Positions 24,401-34,289 of a stretch of 64,000 nucleotides of DNA are shown piece by piece (the first letter of the stretch is position 1; each line of letters starts with the position of its first letter). Position numbers and translations under genes: made by a program. This DNA comes from Macrostomum hystrix (taxonomy: Eukaryota; Animalia; Platyhelminthes). The notes below the pieces were generated by a model, which searched no databases, was not told the DNA's origin, and was given only the letters and a program-made list of their open reading frames with translations. The stretch covers positions 16,802,001-16,866,000 of the forward strand of contig CATNEN010000039.1 of assembly GCA_950097015.1 (NCBI GenBank). The letters run 5' to 3'.

Positions 24401-27400
24401 GCTTCTTCCTCTGATCCTATAGGGCCGCTCATTCCTCTGATCCTTCAGGGCCGCTTCTTCCTCTGATCCTATAGGGCCGCTCTTTCCTCTGATCCTATAG
24501 GGCCGCTCTTTCCTCTGATCCTATAGGGCCGCTCTTTCCTCTGATCCTTCAGGGCCGCTCATTTCTCTGATCCTTCAGGGCCAGGGCCGCTCATTCCTCT
24601 GATCCTTCAGGGCCACTCTTTTTATCAGAATCTTCAGGTCAGCTCTTTCCTCTGATCCTTCAGGGCCACTCTTTCATCAGAATCTTCAGGGCAGCTCATT
24701 CCTCTGATCCTTCAGGGCCGCTCATTCCTCTGATCCTTCAGGGCCACTCTTTCATCTGAACTTTCAGGGCAGCTCTTTCCTCTGATCCTTCAGGGCCGCT
24801 CATTCCTCTGATCCTTCAGGGCCCGTCTTTCCCCTGACCTCACTTTTTAAAATACTGAAGTGTTGCTTTTTTTCTCCAGTACACAATATTTATTTGAATG
24901 CCATTTAATTCCAGATACGACCTGGACGACGACTCTGACGATGAGGTCGCAGTTGACCACAGCGAAGTCCGCCGCGCACAGTCGGGTCCTGGCGCCCTCT
25001 CTGCAGATGTAGCAGTGTCCAGATCATTGCAATCTGTCGACTTAAACACACCGCAGTCTATTTCGCCTTCAACAATCGTATCACCAGCATCCGGCAGTTC
25101 AATGCTGCTTCAACTATTGCACCGTCTGGCACCAATCGATGCGACAGTCTGGCGCGAGAGCAGTCTAGCTATTCGCCTACTGGAACTATTCAAAGCTCCA
25201 TTCCTACTGCCGCTAACAATTGCCATTCCCATTGTTGACGATGAATTACCGATGCGCGGCTGGTGCAGATTATTGAACTGTCTGCAACTAATGATTGGAC
25301 CGATTGTATGCCTGCTAGCTAGCAATCAGTATAGTGTGGCTGTGCCATATGGCTCCAGTGTGTTGCTGCTGTATATATGCGCTCCCGTTCTGGCTTTTGT
25401 GGCTCTGTTGGCTTTGTACTTTACACGCAGCGACCGACCGCCTGTGTGGCACGACTTTCTAGCCTGGTTGGCATTCGTTACAGCGGTTTGTGTTATCTAT
25501 TTGATTGCTAATGAAGTGGTTGCTCTTCTGCAGGTGAGAATCTATTGTTTAATTATTTATTTGTTATTATTCAAGGTTAGTTATACCTGTACAGGCTTTA
25601 CCCTTAATTGATCATGCGCTACATCAGATTGGTCATACTAATTACAGATAGCTCATAGCAGGCATAAATTGGTCAAGCCTGAAACATACTCTAGATCGGT
25701 CATAACTACTCTAGATCGGTCATTACTACTCTATATCGGTCATAACTACTCTAGATCGGTCATAGCTACTCTATATCGGTCATAGCTACTATAGATCGGT
25801 CATAACTACTATAGATCGGTCATAGCTACTCTATATCGGTCATAGCTACTATAGATCGGTCATATCTACTATAGATCGGTCATAACTACTATAGATCGGT
25901 CATAGCTACTATAGATCGGTCATAACTACTATAGATCGGTCATAACTACTATAGATCGGTCATAACTACTATAGATCGGTCATAACTACTCTAGATCGGT
26001 CATAGCTACTCTATATCGGTCATAGCTACTATAGATCGGTCATAACTACTATAGATCGGTCATAACTACTATAGATCGGTCATAACTACTCTAGATCGGT
26101 CATAGCTACTCTATATCGGTCATAGCTACTATAGATCGGTCATAACTACTATAGATCGGTCATAACTACTATAGATCGGTCATAACTACTCTAGATCGGT
26201 CATAGCTACTCTATATCGGTCATAGCTACTATAGATCGGTCATAACTACTATAGATCGGTCATAACTACTTTAGATCGGTCATAACTACTTTAGATCGGT
26301 CATACCTACTCTAGATCGGTCATAGCTACTTTAGATCGGTCATAGCTACTCTAGATCGGTCATAACTACTCTAGATCGGTCATAACTACTCTAGATCGGT
26401 CATAATTACTCAAGATCAGTCATAACTACTTTAGATCGGTCATATCTACTATAGATCGGTCATAACTACTATAGATCGGTCATATCTACTATAGATCGGT
26501 CATAGCTACTTTAGATCGGTCATAACTACTTTAGATCGGTCATATCTACTATATATCGGTCATATCTACTATAGATCGGTCATACCTACTCTAGATCGGT
26601 CATAACTACTTTAGATCGGTCATAGCTACTATAGATCGGTCATATCTACTATTGATCGGTCACAACTACTTTAGATCGGTCATAGCTACTATAGATCGGT
26701 CATAGCTACTCTAGATTGGTCATAACTACTATAGATCGGTCATAGCTACTTTAGATCGGTCATAGCTACTTTAGATCGGTCATAACTACTTTAGATCGGT
26801 CATAGCTACTATAGATCGGTCATAGCTACTCTAGATTGGTCATAGCTACTCTAGATTGGTCATGGCTACTATAGATCGGTCATACATACTCTAGATCGGT
26901 CAAAACTACTCTAGATTGGTCATAACTACTATAGATTGGTCATAGCTACTTTAGGTCGGTCATACATACTCTAGATCGGTCAAAACTCACTCTATATCTG
27001 TCATAGCTATTCTATAATACTCATATCTACTCTAGATTTCTTATACCAATCATTTTTGTGATTCCCATTCCTAAGTCTGTCAAAATAATCCCAAAATTCC
27101 CCACCCATCCCAGGCCTTCGGTGTACTCTTAAACGTATCCAAAGCCATCCTGGGCCTCACCCTACTGGCCTGGGGCAACAGTATCGGCGATATGATTAGC
27201 AATGTAGCCTTAGCTCGCCGTGGCTACCCGCGCATGGCCATCTCAGCCTGTTTCGGAGGCCCAATGTTCAACCTCTTGTGCGGCGTGGGCCTGTCATTCA
27301 CTTGGCTCATTGTTAAACAAAACAGTCGTCCTATAAAACTGCTTGAAGGTCAGCACGATTATGTCCTATTGGGCAGTCTAGCAGTGAGCCTTTTATTCTC

Positions 27401-27530
27401 TCTGGTGTATTGTGTAGCTAGACGATTTCAACTGGGCCGACTGTACGCTAGCGCGGTCTTCGCAGTATACGCGGCTTTCCTGACGATGGCTCTGCTAGTA
27501 GAACTGCGGGTTGTTCGACTGGACAGATAA
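21425..27530 (+). CDS. SLC8B1: Cation/Ca2+ exchanger, NCLX-like; exons 21425-21919, 22161-22564, 24915-25533, 27114-27530
   Basis: TADNFFCPSL, alpha-1 repeat GVTLLAFGNGAPDIFSS, alpha-2 repeat GLTLLAWGNSIGD, GYPRMAISACFGGPMFNLLCGVG. All junctions are GT-AG and in phase. The true start may lie upstream of the acceptor at 21395. Confidence 0.9.
22567..24825. repeat. Minisatellite, 26-bp unit agggccgctcattcctctgatccttc, filling NCLX intron 2
   Basis: Tandem copies starting within the splice donor. Confidence 0.95.
25690..27020. repeat. Minisatellite, 20-bp unit cataactactatagatcggt, in NCLX intron 3
   Basis: Direct tandem copies. Confidence 0.95.
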
Positions 27531-27769
27531 AATTTCTGTGAAATTATTTATTATCTTTCATTTCATTCCTTGTCAAGGAATTTTGCGTATTATTTGCTAC
27601 TTACTACTCGCTCTACTATTTTGTTAGTAGTAGACCGGAGCTGCTGATGCCATTATACGTTCGCATAATCAACACTATTGATTTTATAAGTAGACTATAA
27701 AACTGCATACAGACCTTTCTTGTTCGAGTCGGGCTTGTAAAATATTAGTTAGATCAGACTTGTACAGGT

Positions 27770-28320
27770 GTGAATGGGTCAGACTTGTACAGGTGTGAAT
27801 GGGTCAGACTTGCACAGGTGTGAATGGGTCAGACTTGTACAGGTGTGAATGGGTCAGACTTGTACAGGTGTGAATGGGTCAGACTTGCACAGGTGTGAAT
27901 GGGTCAGACTTGCACAGGTGTGAATGGGTCAGACTTGTACAGGTGTGAATGGGTCAGACTTGTACAGGTGTGAATGGGTCAGACTTGCACAGGTGTGAAT
28001 GGGTCAGACTTGTACAGGTGTGAATGGGTCAGACTTGTACAGGTGTGAATGGGTCAGACTTGTACAGGTGTGAATGGGTCAGACTTGCACAGGTGTGAAT
28101 GGGTCAGACTTGTACAGGTGTGAATGGGTTAGACTTGTACAGGTGTGAATGGGTCAGACTTGTGCAGGTGTGAATGGGTCAGACTTGTACAGGTGTGAAT
28201 GGGTCAGACTTGTGCAGGTGTAAATGGGTCAGACTTGTACAGGTGTGAATGGGTCAGACTTGTGCAGGTGTGAATGGGTCAGACTTGTACAGGTGTGAAT
28301 GGGTCAGACTTGTACAAGTG
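27770..28320. repeat. Minisatellite, 25-bp unit tgtacaggtgtgaatgggtcagact
   Basis: Direct tandem copies. Confidence 0.95.
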
Positions 28321-28803
28321 TGTGTTTGATAGTACAAGTAGTATTAGTTCAATGAAAGTAGAAATTTTTGGCATAAGTATTTTTTGCTTTCAATGGTAAG
28401 AAATAATTTTCTTCTAATATTAATTTTTGCGTTAAATAAATCTGGCTTAGGTCGATTCATCAATGTAGGAACTGAGAAATGCGACTGTTTGTAGTCGATA
28501 GCCGAAAAGTCACAAGAGCGATTTCAATGCGATTCAGTATATTTTATAACAGCCGAGTTGTGCTGGGGTGGCGGCTAAAGCCGCACCCCGTACATCAGTT
28601 AACGTGCGTGCCAAGGGGGGTAGAAAGGTGGCAGAGAGAAAGACGCAGAACGCCGCCAACCCCACGCACGCGTGACGGCTGGCGCCGCCTACACTTCTCC
28701 CCCCCAAAGGAATAAAACGAAATTGAAAAAACTAAACTTTGAACATGAGATTAACAGTTCAGATGATAGAAACTTAATGGATCTTTAGAGCGCAATTCCT
28801 TAG

Positions 28804-31800
28804 TTACTTGTACCGCTTAGGCTTGTCACGGGCAGCTCTAGGATGGCGTCTCAGTGCCACGGCATCATTTTCCTGACCAGTATCCTGGCCGACAGGCGGA
28901 GGCGGGCCGGCAGGCGAAGGCGGGCCGGCAGGCGGGCTGGCAGGCGGGCCGGCAGGCGGGCCGGCAGGCGGGCCGGCAGGCGGGCCGGCAGGCGGGCCGG
29001 CAGGCGGGCCGGCAGGCGGGCCGGCAGGCGGGCCGGCAGGCGGGCCGGCAGGCGGGCCGGCAGGCGGGCCGGCAGGCGGGCCGGCAGGCGGGCCGGCAGG
29101 CGGGCCGGCAGGCGGGCCGGCAGGCGGGCCGGCAGGCGGGCCGGCAGGTGGAAACATTGGTCGGAGCTGAGTCACGTGTCGCATGCAGGACTGTTGGCCT
29201 CGTCGTAGGATGCAGGTGTCGCCTCGAACCTCTTCTACCGTCCACGGCTGGGTCTCGAATGGCAGCTGAGTTTTGATGCGTGCCTGCTGCTTTCGGAGAA
29301 CCATTGTGCCGGGAACTACTCTGTGCTCCTTGGCGGTGTTGCGCTTGTCAAAGGCTCGCTTCATTTCGCGCGTGTACTGCCGACTCCAGTCCCTCACGGC
29401 TTGATGGTCGAATCCAGTCACAGTTGGCTGCCGACTAGCCGGGATTCCGTCGTTGATCGCCCTGCCCATGAGTAGCTCGGCCGGGGTGCGTCCTGTGGCT
29501 CTGTGTGGCGTGGTGCGGAATGCCAGTAGCCAGTCGTCTAGAGCCTCTCTCCAGTTCCGGCCCTCAGCAATCGCCGTCTTGATCACCTTGCCGATGCTGC
29601 GGTTGACACGTTCGGTGGCTCCGTTGGACTCCGGGTGCAGTGGACAGATAAGCCGGTGATGAACTCCATATTCGATGAGGAAGTTACGAAATTCAGCGGA
29701 GTTGAAGGGCGGTCCGTTGTCGGTAATGACCTCCGCGGGAATTCCGTGGCGACTGAAGAGCCGTCTCAGGTGCGGTGTCACGCTGCCGGCCGTGGTTGAA
29801 TGCATTACGTCGACTTCTGGGTACTTGGAGTACAAGTCGGTGGTGACGAGCAGCATGTGACCTTGCACCGGACCGTAGAAGTCCATGCCGAGCAGCTGCC
29901 AAGGCCCGTCGGGCATTTCCGTCGGCTTTAGAGGCGTCTGGTGCACGTGCGTTGCCGCTGCCTGACAGTAGATGCAGCACTTGACAAAGACTTCGCAGTC
30001 GCTGTACATTTTTGGCCACCAGACCTTGGTTTGCAGGCGCTTTAGAGTCCTGTCCGCCCCGAGGTGTCCGGTGTGAGCCAGCTGCAGGATCGGCCTCCGC
30101 AGTGCCTCGGGGATGACGATGAGATCTCCACGAAGCAGGACGCCGTCGTTTTCGGTTAGTTCGCTGCTGATGGACTTGAATGAGCGTTGCACCGGGCTGA
30201 GAGTGTTCCAGTTGCCGGTTCTGATCGCGCCGAGTGCGGCCTGCATTTCCGCATCAGTTCTTGCAGCCTCTCTGATCTGTCGGATTGTGAAGCCCTTTGG
30301 CACGGCACCAGTTGACACAGCGTTGACGTGGGCTTCATCGAGGACCTCGCCGATGTTTGGCCTCGACTCTGGCAGCGGCTGGCGGCTGAGCAGATCGGCT
30401 GGATTTGCTGGTCCCGGCCTGTACAACAGAGTAAAGCGGAGGTGCTGGATGCGGAGGGCCATTCGCTCGATCCGCGGCGGCGGGCGGGACCCCGGCTTGA
30501 ACAGTGGAACTAGGGGCCGGTGGTCCGTCACAACGGTGAAGTTCGGGTCGCCTGCCAGGTAATGTTCGAATTTCAGGCAGGCGAACTTGATGGCCAGCGC
30601 CTCCCGCTCGATCTGCGCATACCGCTGCTCCACCGGCGACAGAGCTCTGCTGGCATAGGCCACGGGACGGCTGCTGCCGTCTGGCTGCTTCTGGGTGAGA
30701 ATGGCGCCGAGTCCGATCGGAGATGCGTCCACCAGGAGCTCCGTGTGCCGCTTGCGATCGAAGAATGCTAGCGTGTCGGCGTTGGCAATTGCACTTTTGA
30801 TGCTGTTGAATGCCTTGGTGTGGCTGGCGGTCCAATCCCACGGCTGGCCCTTTTTAGTCAGTTGGCGCAGCGGGGCCGACACGTCAGCGTATCCAGAAAT
30901 AAACTTCGCCAGAAAGTTTGCTGTGCCAAGGAATGACCGTATTTCTGAGACATTGGCGGGCTGCCGGAAGTCCTGCATTGCTCGGATCTTCTCGGCAGCT
31001 GGTTGGATGCCCTTGGCTGACAGATGCATTCCGAGGAAGTCGACTGCTGGCTTGGCGAACTTGCACTTGTCTTTGTTCAACGTGATGCCAAACTCGCCGA
31101 GGCGTTGAAGACATACACTCAGTCTTTCATGATGTTGTTTGATATCTGCGGCGTACACGATGACATCGTCGTGGACCCACCTGACGCCGTCGATGCCGCT
31201 GAGGATGCCTAGCATAACCCGTTGAAGGATTTCTGAGGCGTTGGTAAATCCCATGCTCAGCCGCTTCAGTCGCATCAGTCCGAGCGGCGTGCTGAATGTG
31301 AACAGATGTCGGCTGTCTTCGTGCACGGGGATCTGATAGAAAGCTTTCCGGATGTCCAGCTCGCTGAAAAGCTTGGCTCCAGACATCTCCTCGGTGACTT
31401 CGTCCAGTGTCGGGATCTGCTGCTTTTCCGGAACAACGAAGGCGTTCAGGTCGCGAAGGTCTTGGCAGATCCTGACGCCGCCGTCCGCCTTGGGCACTAC
31501 GACCATGCGTGCCACCCAGGCGCTGGGTCCCTTGACTGCTTCGATGATGTCCTGTCGCTCCAATTCCTTCAGCTCGTCCATCACGGTTGCTCTTAGATGC
31601 GCCGCTACCCGGGAAGGCGCGTGGCAGACTGGAACGGCGTCGCCTGACAGCTGCACTTTCACCTGGACGCCCTTGATGCATCCGATGCCTTCGAAGACTT
31701 CTCTGTGACGGTGCAGGATGTCTTGCAGTTGCGGTGACAGGCTCGCTGTGCTGTTTGAGTGCACGGCTTCCGTCCCGCTCGAATCGGGGCGCTGGATTTT

Positions 31801-32988
31801 GAGCACTCCGAGTCTGAATGCGGGCTCGCGACCGAGAATCGTCAGGCCGTCACCATCCATGATGTAGAACGGAATGACAGTGCTGGCTGATCCAACGTGG
31901 ACTTGTAAGTCGGAGACACCAAGGATCTTCAGCGGTGAAGCGCAACCGTAGGCTCGCACCTCGGATTTTGGAGCTCGCAGATGCGGCCGGCTGAGCGTCT
32001 TGAAGGTGCATTTGCTCATAATGCTGCAGCTAGCTCCGCTGTCAATCATCATCGAGAGCTGCTGATCTCCCACTTGGACTTTCAGCGAGACGTCGGGCGG
32101 ATAGATGCCTTCCCTGTGTAGTGTGAACACGTCTTGGCTGGAGGTGTCTCCAGGAGCTGTACTGTATGCGTTGGCGTGAATCTGCTGTTGGACTCTGTTG
32201 CTGCTTAACCGCGGCTGGCGGCAGGCCTTTGCTAGGTGGTTTGGCTTGCCACAGTTGTGGCAGATTTTGTCCTTGGCTGCGTCACAGGAAGCGTGGCCGC
32301 GCTCGCCGCAGCGGTAGCAGGTCTGTGACTGGCTCTGCCTGGCCTCGCTGTGTGGTCTGCGTTTGTCTGACGCTGTTTGGCTTCTATTGGCCACGCTGGC
32401 CACCTGCGACTCGGTGGTCTTCTCCATCTCAGCAGCCTGTTCTTCCGCAGCTTCGAATGCTCTGGCCTTCCGCAGCGCGTCTTCCAGTGAGATGTTTGCT
32501 TCCTGGAGCAGCCGTCTGCGCAGCTTGTCGGAGGTGCATGTAGCAACAAGTTGGTCTCGGATGAGGGAGTCGCGTAAGTCGCCGAATTCACATGGTTCAG
32601 CAGCCGTCCGCAGTCTGCTGTACCAAGCTTCGATTTTCTCACCAGATTGTTGAACACACAGACGGAACTGGTATCGAGCGTAAACGATGTTCTTTCTATC
32701 GTCGAAGTGTTGCTTCAGCCCCTTGAGGATTGTCTGCAGTGTGTGCTCCTGCTCCTGGCCGTCGGCGTCAGACCTGGGCTTTGGTAGTTCCCGAATGATG
32801 TCCGAGACTTCCTTTCCGGCCGTGTAGCAGAGCAGCTTGCATTTTTGGTTTTCATTGGCAATTCCGGATGCCTCAATAAAGTCTGCGAATCGCGCTGACC
32901 ATTCGTTCCAACGTTTGCCTGCGTTGTGCGGGTCGTGAGTAATGAGAAATGGCTCGGGTGGAGGTAGAGAAACGTAGCTTGTGGCCAT
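28804..32988 (-). CDS. Single-ORF Gag-Pol polyprotein (~1394 aa from MATSY)
   Basis: Two Zn knuckles (CYRCGERGHASC, CHNCGKPNHLAKAC), protease IDSGA, RT WVHDDVIV, RNase H VDASPIGLGA, integrase HHCC plus D-D-E. PR-RT-RH-IN order; no stops. Confidence 0.95.
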   Translation of the reverse strand: MATSYVSLPPPEPFLITHDPHNAGKRWNEWSARFADFIEASGIANENQKCKLLCYTAGKEVSDIIRELPKPRSDADGQEQEHTLQTILKGLKQHFDDRKNIVYARYQFRLCVQQSGEKIEAWYSRLRTAAEPCEFGDLRDSLIRDQLVATCTSDKLRRRLLQEANISLEDALRKARAFEAAEEQAAEMEKTTESQVASVANRSQTASDKRRPHSEARQSQSQTCYRCGERGHASCDAAKDKICHNCGKPNHLAKACRQPRLSSNRVQQQIHANAYSTAPGDTSSQDVFTLHREGIYPPDVSLKVQVGDQQLSMMIDSGASCSIMSKCTFKTLSRPHLRAPKSEVRAYGCASPLKILGVSDLQVHVGSASTVIPFYIMDGDGLTILGREPAFRLGVLKIQRPDSSGTEAVHSNSTASLSPQLQDILHRHREVFEGIGCIKGVQVKVQLSGDAVPVCHAPSRVAAHLRATVMDELKELERQDIIEAVKGPSAWVARMVVVPKADGGVRICQDLRDLNAFVVPEKQQIPTLDEVTEEMSGAKLFSELDIRKAFYQIPVHEDSRHLFTFSTPLGLMRLKRLSMGFTNASEILQRVMLGILSGIDGVRWVHDDVIVYAADIKQHHERLSVCLQRLGEFGITLNKDKCKFAKPAVDFLGMHLSAKGIQPAAEKIRAMQDFRQPANVSEIRSFLGTANFLAKFISGYADVSAPLRQLTKKGQPWDWTASHTKAFNSIKSAIANADTLAFFDRKRHTELLVDASPIGLGAILTQKQPDGSSRPVAYASRALSPVEQRYAQIEREALAIKFACLKFEHYLAGDPNFTVVTDHRPLVPLFKPGSRPPPRIERMALRIQHLRFTLLYRPGPANPADLLSRQPLPESRPNIGEVLDEAHVNAVSTGAVPKGFTIRQIREAARTDAEMQAALGAIRTGNWNTLSPVQRSFKSISSELTENDGVLLRGDLIVIPEALRRPILQLAHTGHLGADRTLKRLQTKVWWPKMYSDCEVFVKCCIYCQAAATHVHQTPLKPTEMPDGPWQLLGMDFYGPVQGHMLLVTTDLYSKYPEVDVMHSTTAGSVTPHLRRLFSRHGIPAEVITDNGPPFNSAEFRNFLIEYGVHHRLICPLHPESNGATERVNRSIGKVIKTAIAEGRNWREALDDWLLAFRTTPHRATGRTPAELLMGRAINDGIPASRQPTVTGFDHQAVRDWSRQYTREMKRAFDKRNTAKEHRVVPGTMVLRKQQARIKTQLPFETQPWTVEEVRGDTCILRRGQQSCMRHVTQLRPMFPPAGPPAGPPAGPPAGPPAGPPAGPPAGPPAGPPAGPPAGPPAGPPAGPPAGPPAGPPAGPPAGPPAGPPASPPAGPPSPAGPPPPVGQDTGQENDAVALRRHPRAARDKPKRYK
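28900..29148 (-). repeat. In-frame 12-bp repeat encoding roughly 20 PPAG units at the Pol C-terminus
   Basis: ggcaggcgggcc tandem copies. Confidence 0.95.
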
Positions 32989-33196
32989 GCCCCGCGTTGG
33001 CTGCGATGGCTTGCGATGCCACTGTAGGAACTGAGAAATGCGACTGTTTGTAGTCGATAGCCGAAAAGTCACAAGAGCGATTTCAATGCGATTCAGTATA
33101 TTTTACTAGCAAGTTTTGCCCCCCTTCGGGGAGCAGAAATACTTTTAATTCGTCTAGTATATACTTTTTAGCAGCTGAATTTACAGCTTTTTAAAG

Positions 33197-34240
33197 CTAC
33201 AATGAACCCCCAGTTGACAATGATCCCCCAGTTAATGATGATCCCCTAGTTGACGATGATCCCCCAGTTGACAATGATCCCCCAGTTGACAATGATCCCC
33301 CAGTTGACAATGAACCCCCAGTTGACAATGAACCCCCAGTTGACAATGATCCCCCAGTTGACAATGATCCCCCAGTTGAAAATGATCCCACAGTTGACAA
33401 TGATCCCCCAGTTGACAAAGATCCCCCAGTTCACAATGAACCCCCAGTTCACAATGTACCCCCAGTTGACAATGAACCCCCAGTTGACAATGAACCCCAG
33501 TTGACAATGATCCCCCAGTTGACAATGATCCCCCAGTTGACAATGATCCCACAGTTGACAATGATCCCCCAGTTGACAAAAATCCCCCAGTTCACAATGA
33601 ACCCCCAGTTGACAATGATCCCCCAGTTGACAATGATCCCCCAGTTGACAATGATCCCCCAGTTGACAATGATCCCCCAGTTGACAATGAACCCCCAGTT
33701 GACAACGATCCCCCAGTTGACAATGATCCCCCAGTTGACAATGATCCCACAGTTGACAAAGATCCCCCAGTTCACAATGATCCCCCAGTTGATGATGATC
33801 CCCCAGTTGATGATGATCCCCAGTTGATGATGATCACCCAGTTGACAATGATCCCCCAGTTGACAATGATCCCCCAGTTGACAATGATCCCCCAGTTGAC
33901 AATGAACCCCCAGTTGACAACGATCCCCCAGTTGACAATGATCCCCCAGTTGACAATGATCCCACAGTTGACAAAGATCCCCCAGTTCACAATGATCCCC
34001 CAGTTGATGATGATCCCCCAGTTGATGATGATCCCCAGTTGATGATGATCACCCAGTTGACAATGATCCCCAAGTTGACCATGATCCCCCATTTGATGAT
34101 GATTCCCCAGTTGACAATTATCCCCCAGTTGACAATGATCCCCCAGTTGACAATTATCCCCCCAGTTTACCAAGATCCTCCAGTTGATGATTATCCCCCA
34201 GTTTACCTTGATCCCCATTTTGAGGATGACTCCACAGTTG
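33197..34240. repeat. Minisatellite, 18-bp unit cagttgacaatgatcccc (Helitron cargo)
   Basis: Tandem copies, degenerate at the right edge. Confidence 0.95.
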
Positions 34241-34289
34241 ACGTTGTTTTTCAAACACTGGGTTAGCCAAGATTCAAACTCAGGTTTCG

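Noticed and set aside
27770-28320. Recursive-splicing AG|GT motifs (cag|gtgtga) in the 25-bp array
   Set aside because: The array lies downstream of the NCLX stop, outside any modelled intron, and lacks a polypyrimidine tract.
28479-28715. ORF in the LTR, its partial copy at 38206-38415, and the 28-aa extension of Gag-Pol to 33072
   Set aside because: LTR sequence only. The shared peptide reflects LTR identity, and the plausible Gag start is the ATG at 32988, downstream of the PBS.
29453-32657. Many overlapping alternative-frame and antisense ORFs within gag-pol
   Set aside because: Expected shadows of a GC-rich coding sequence; no recognisable motifs.
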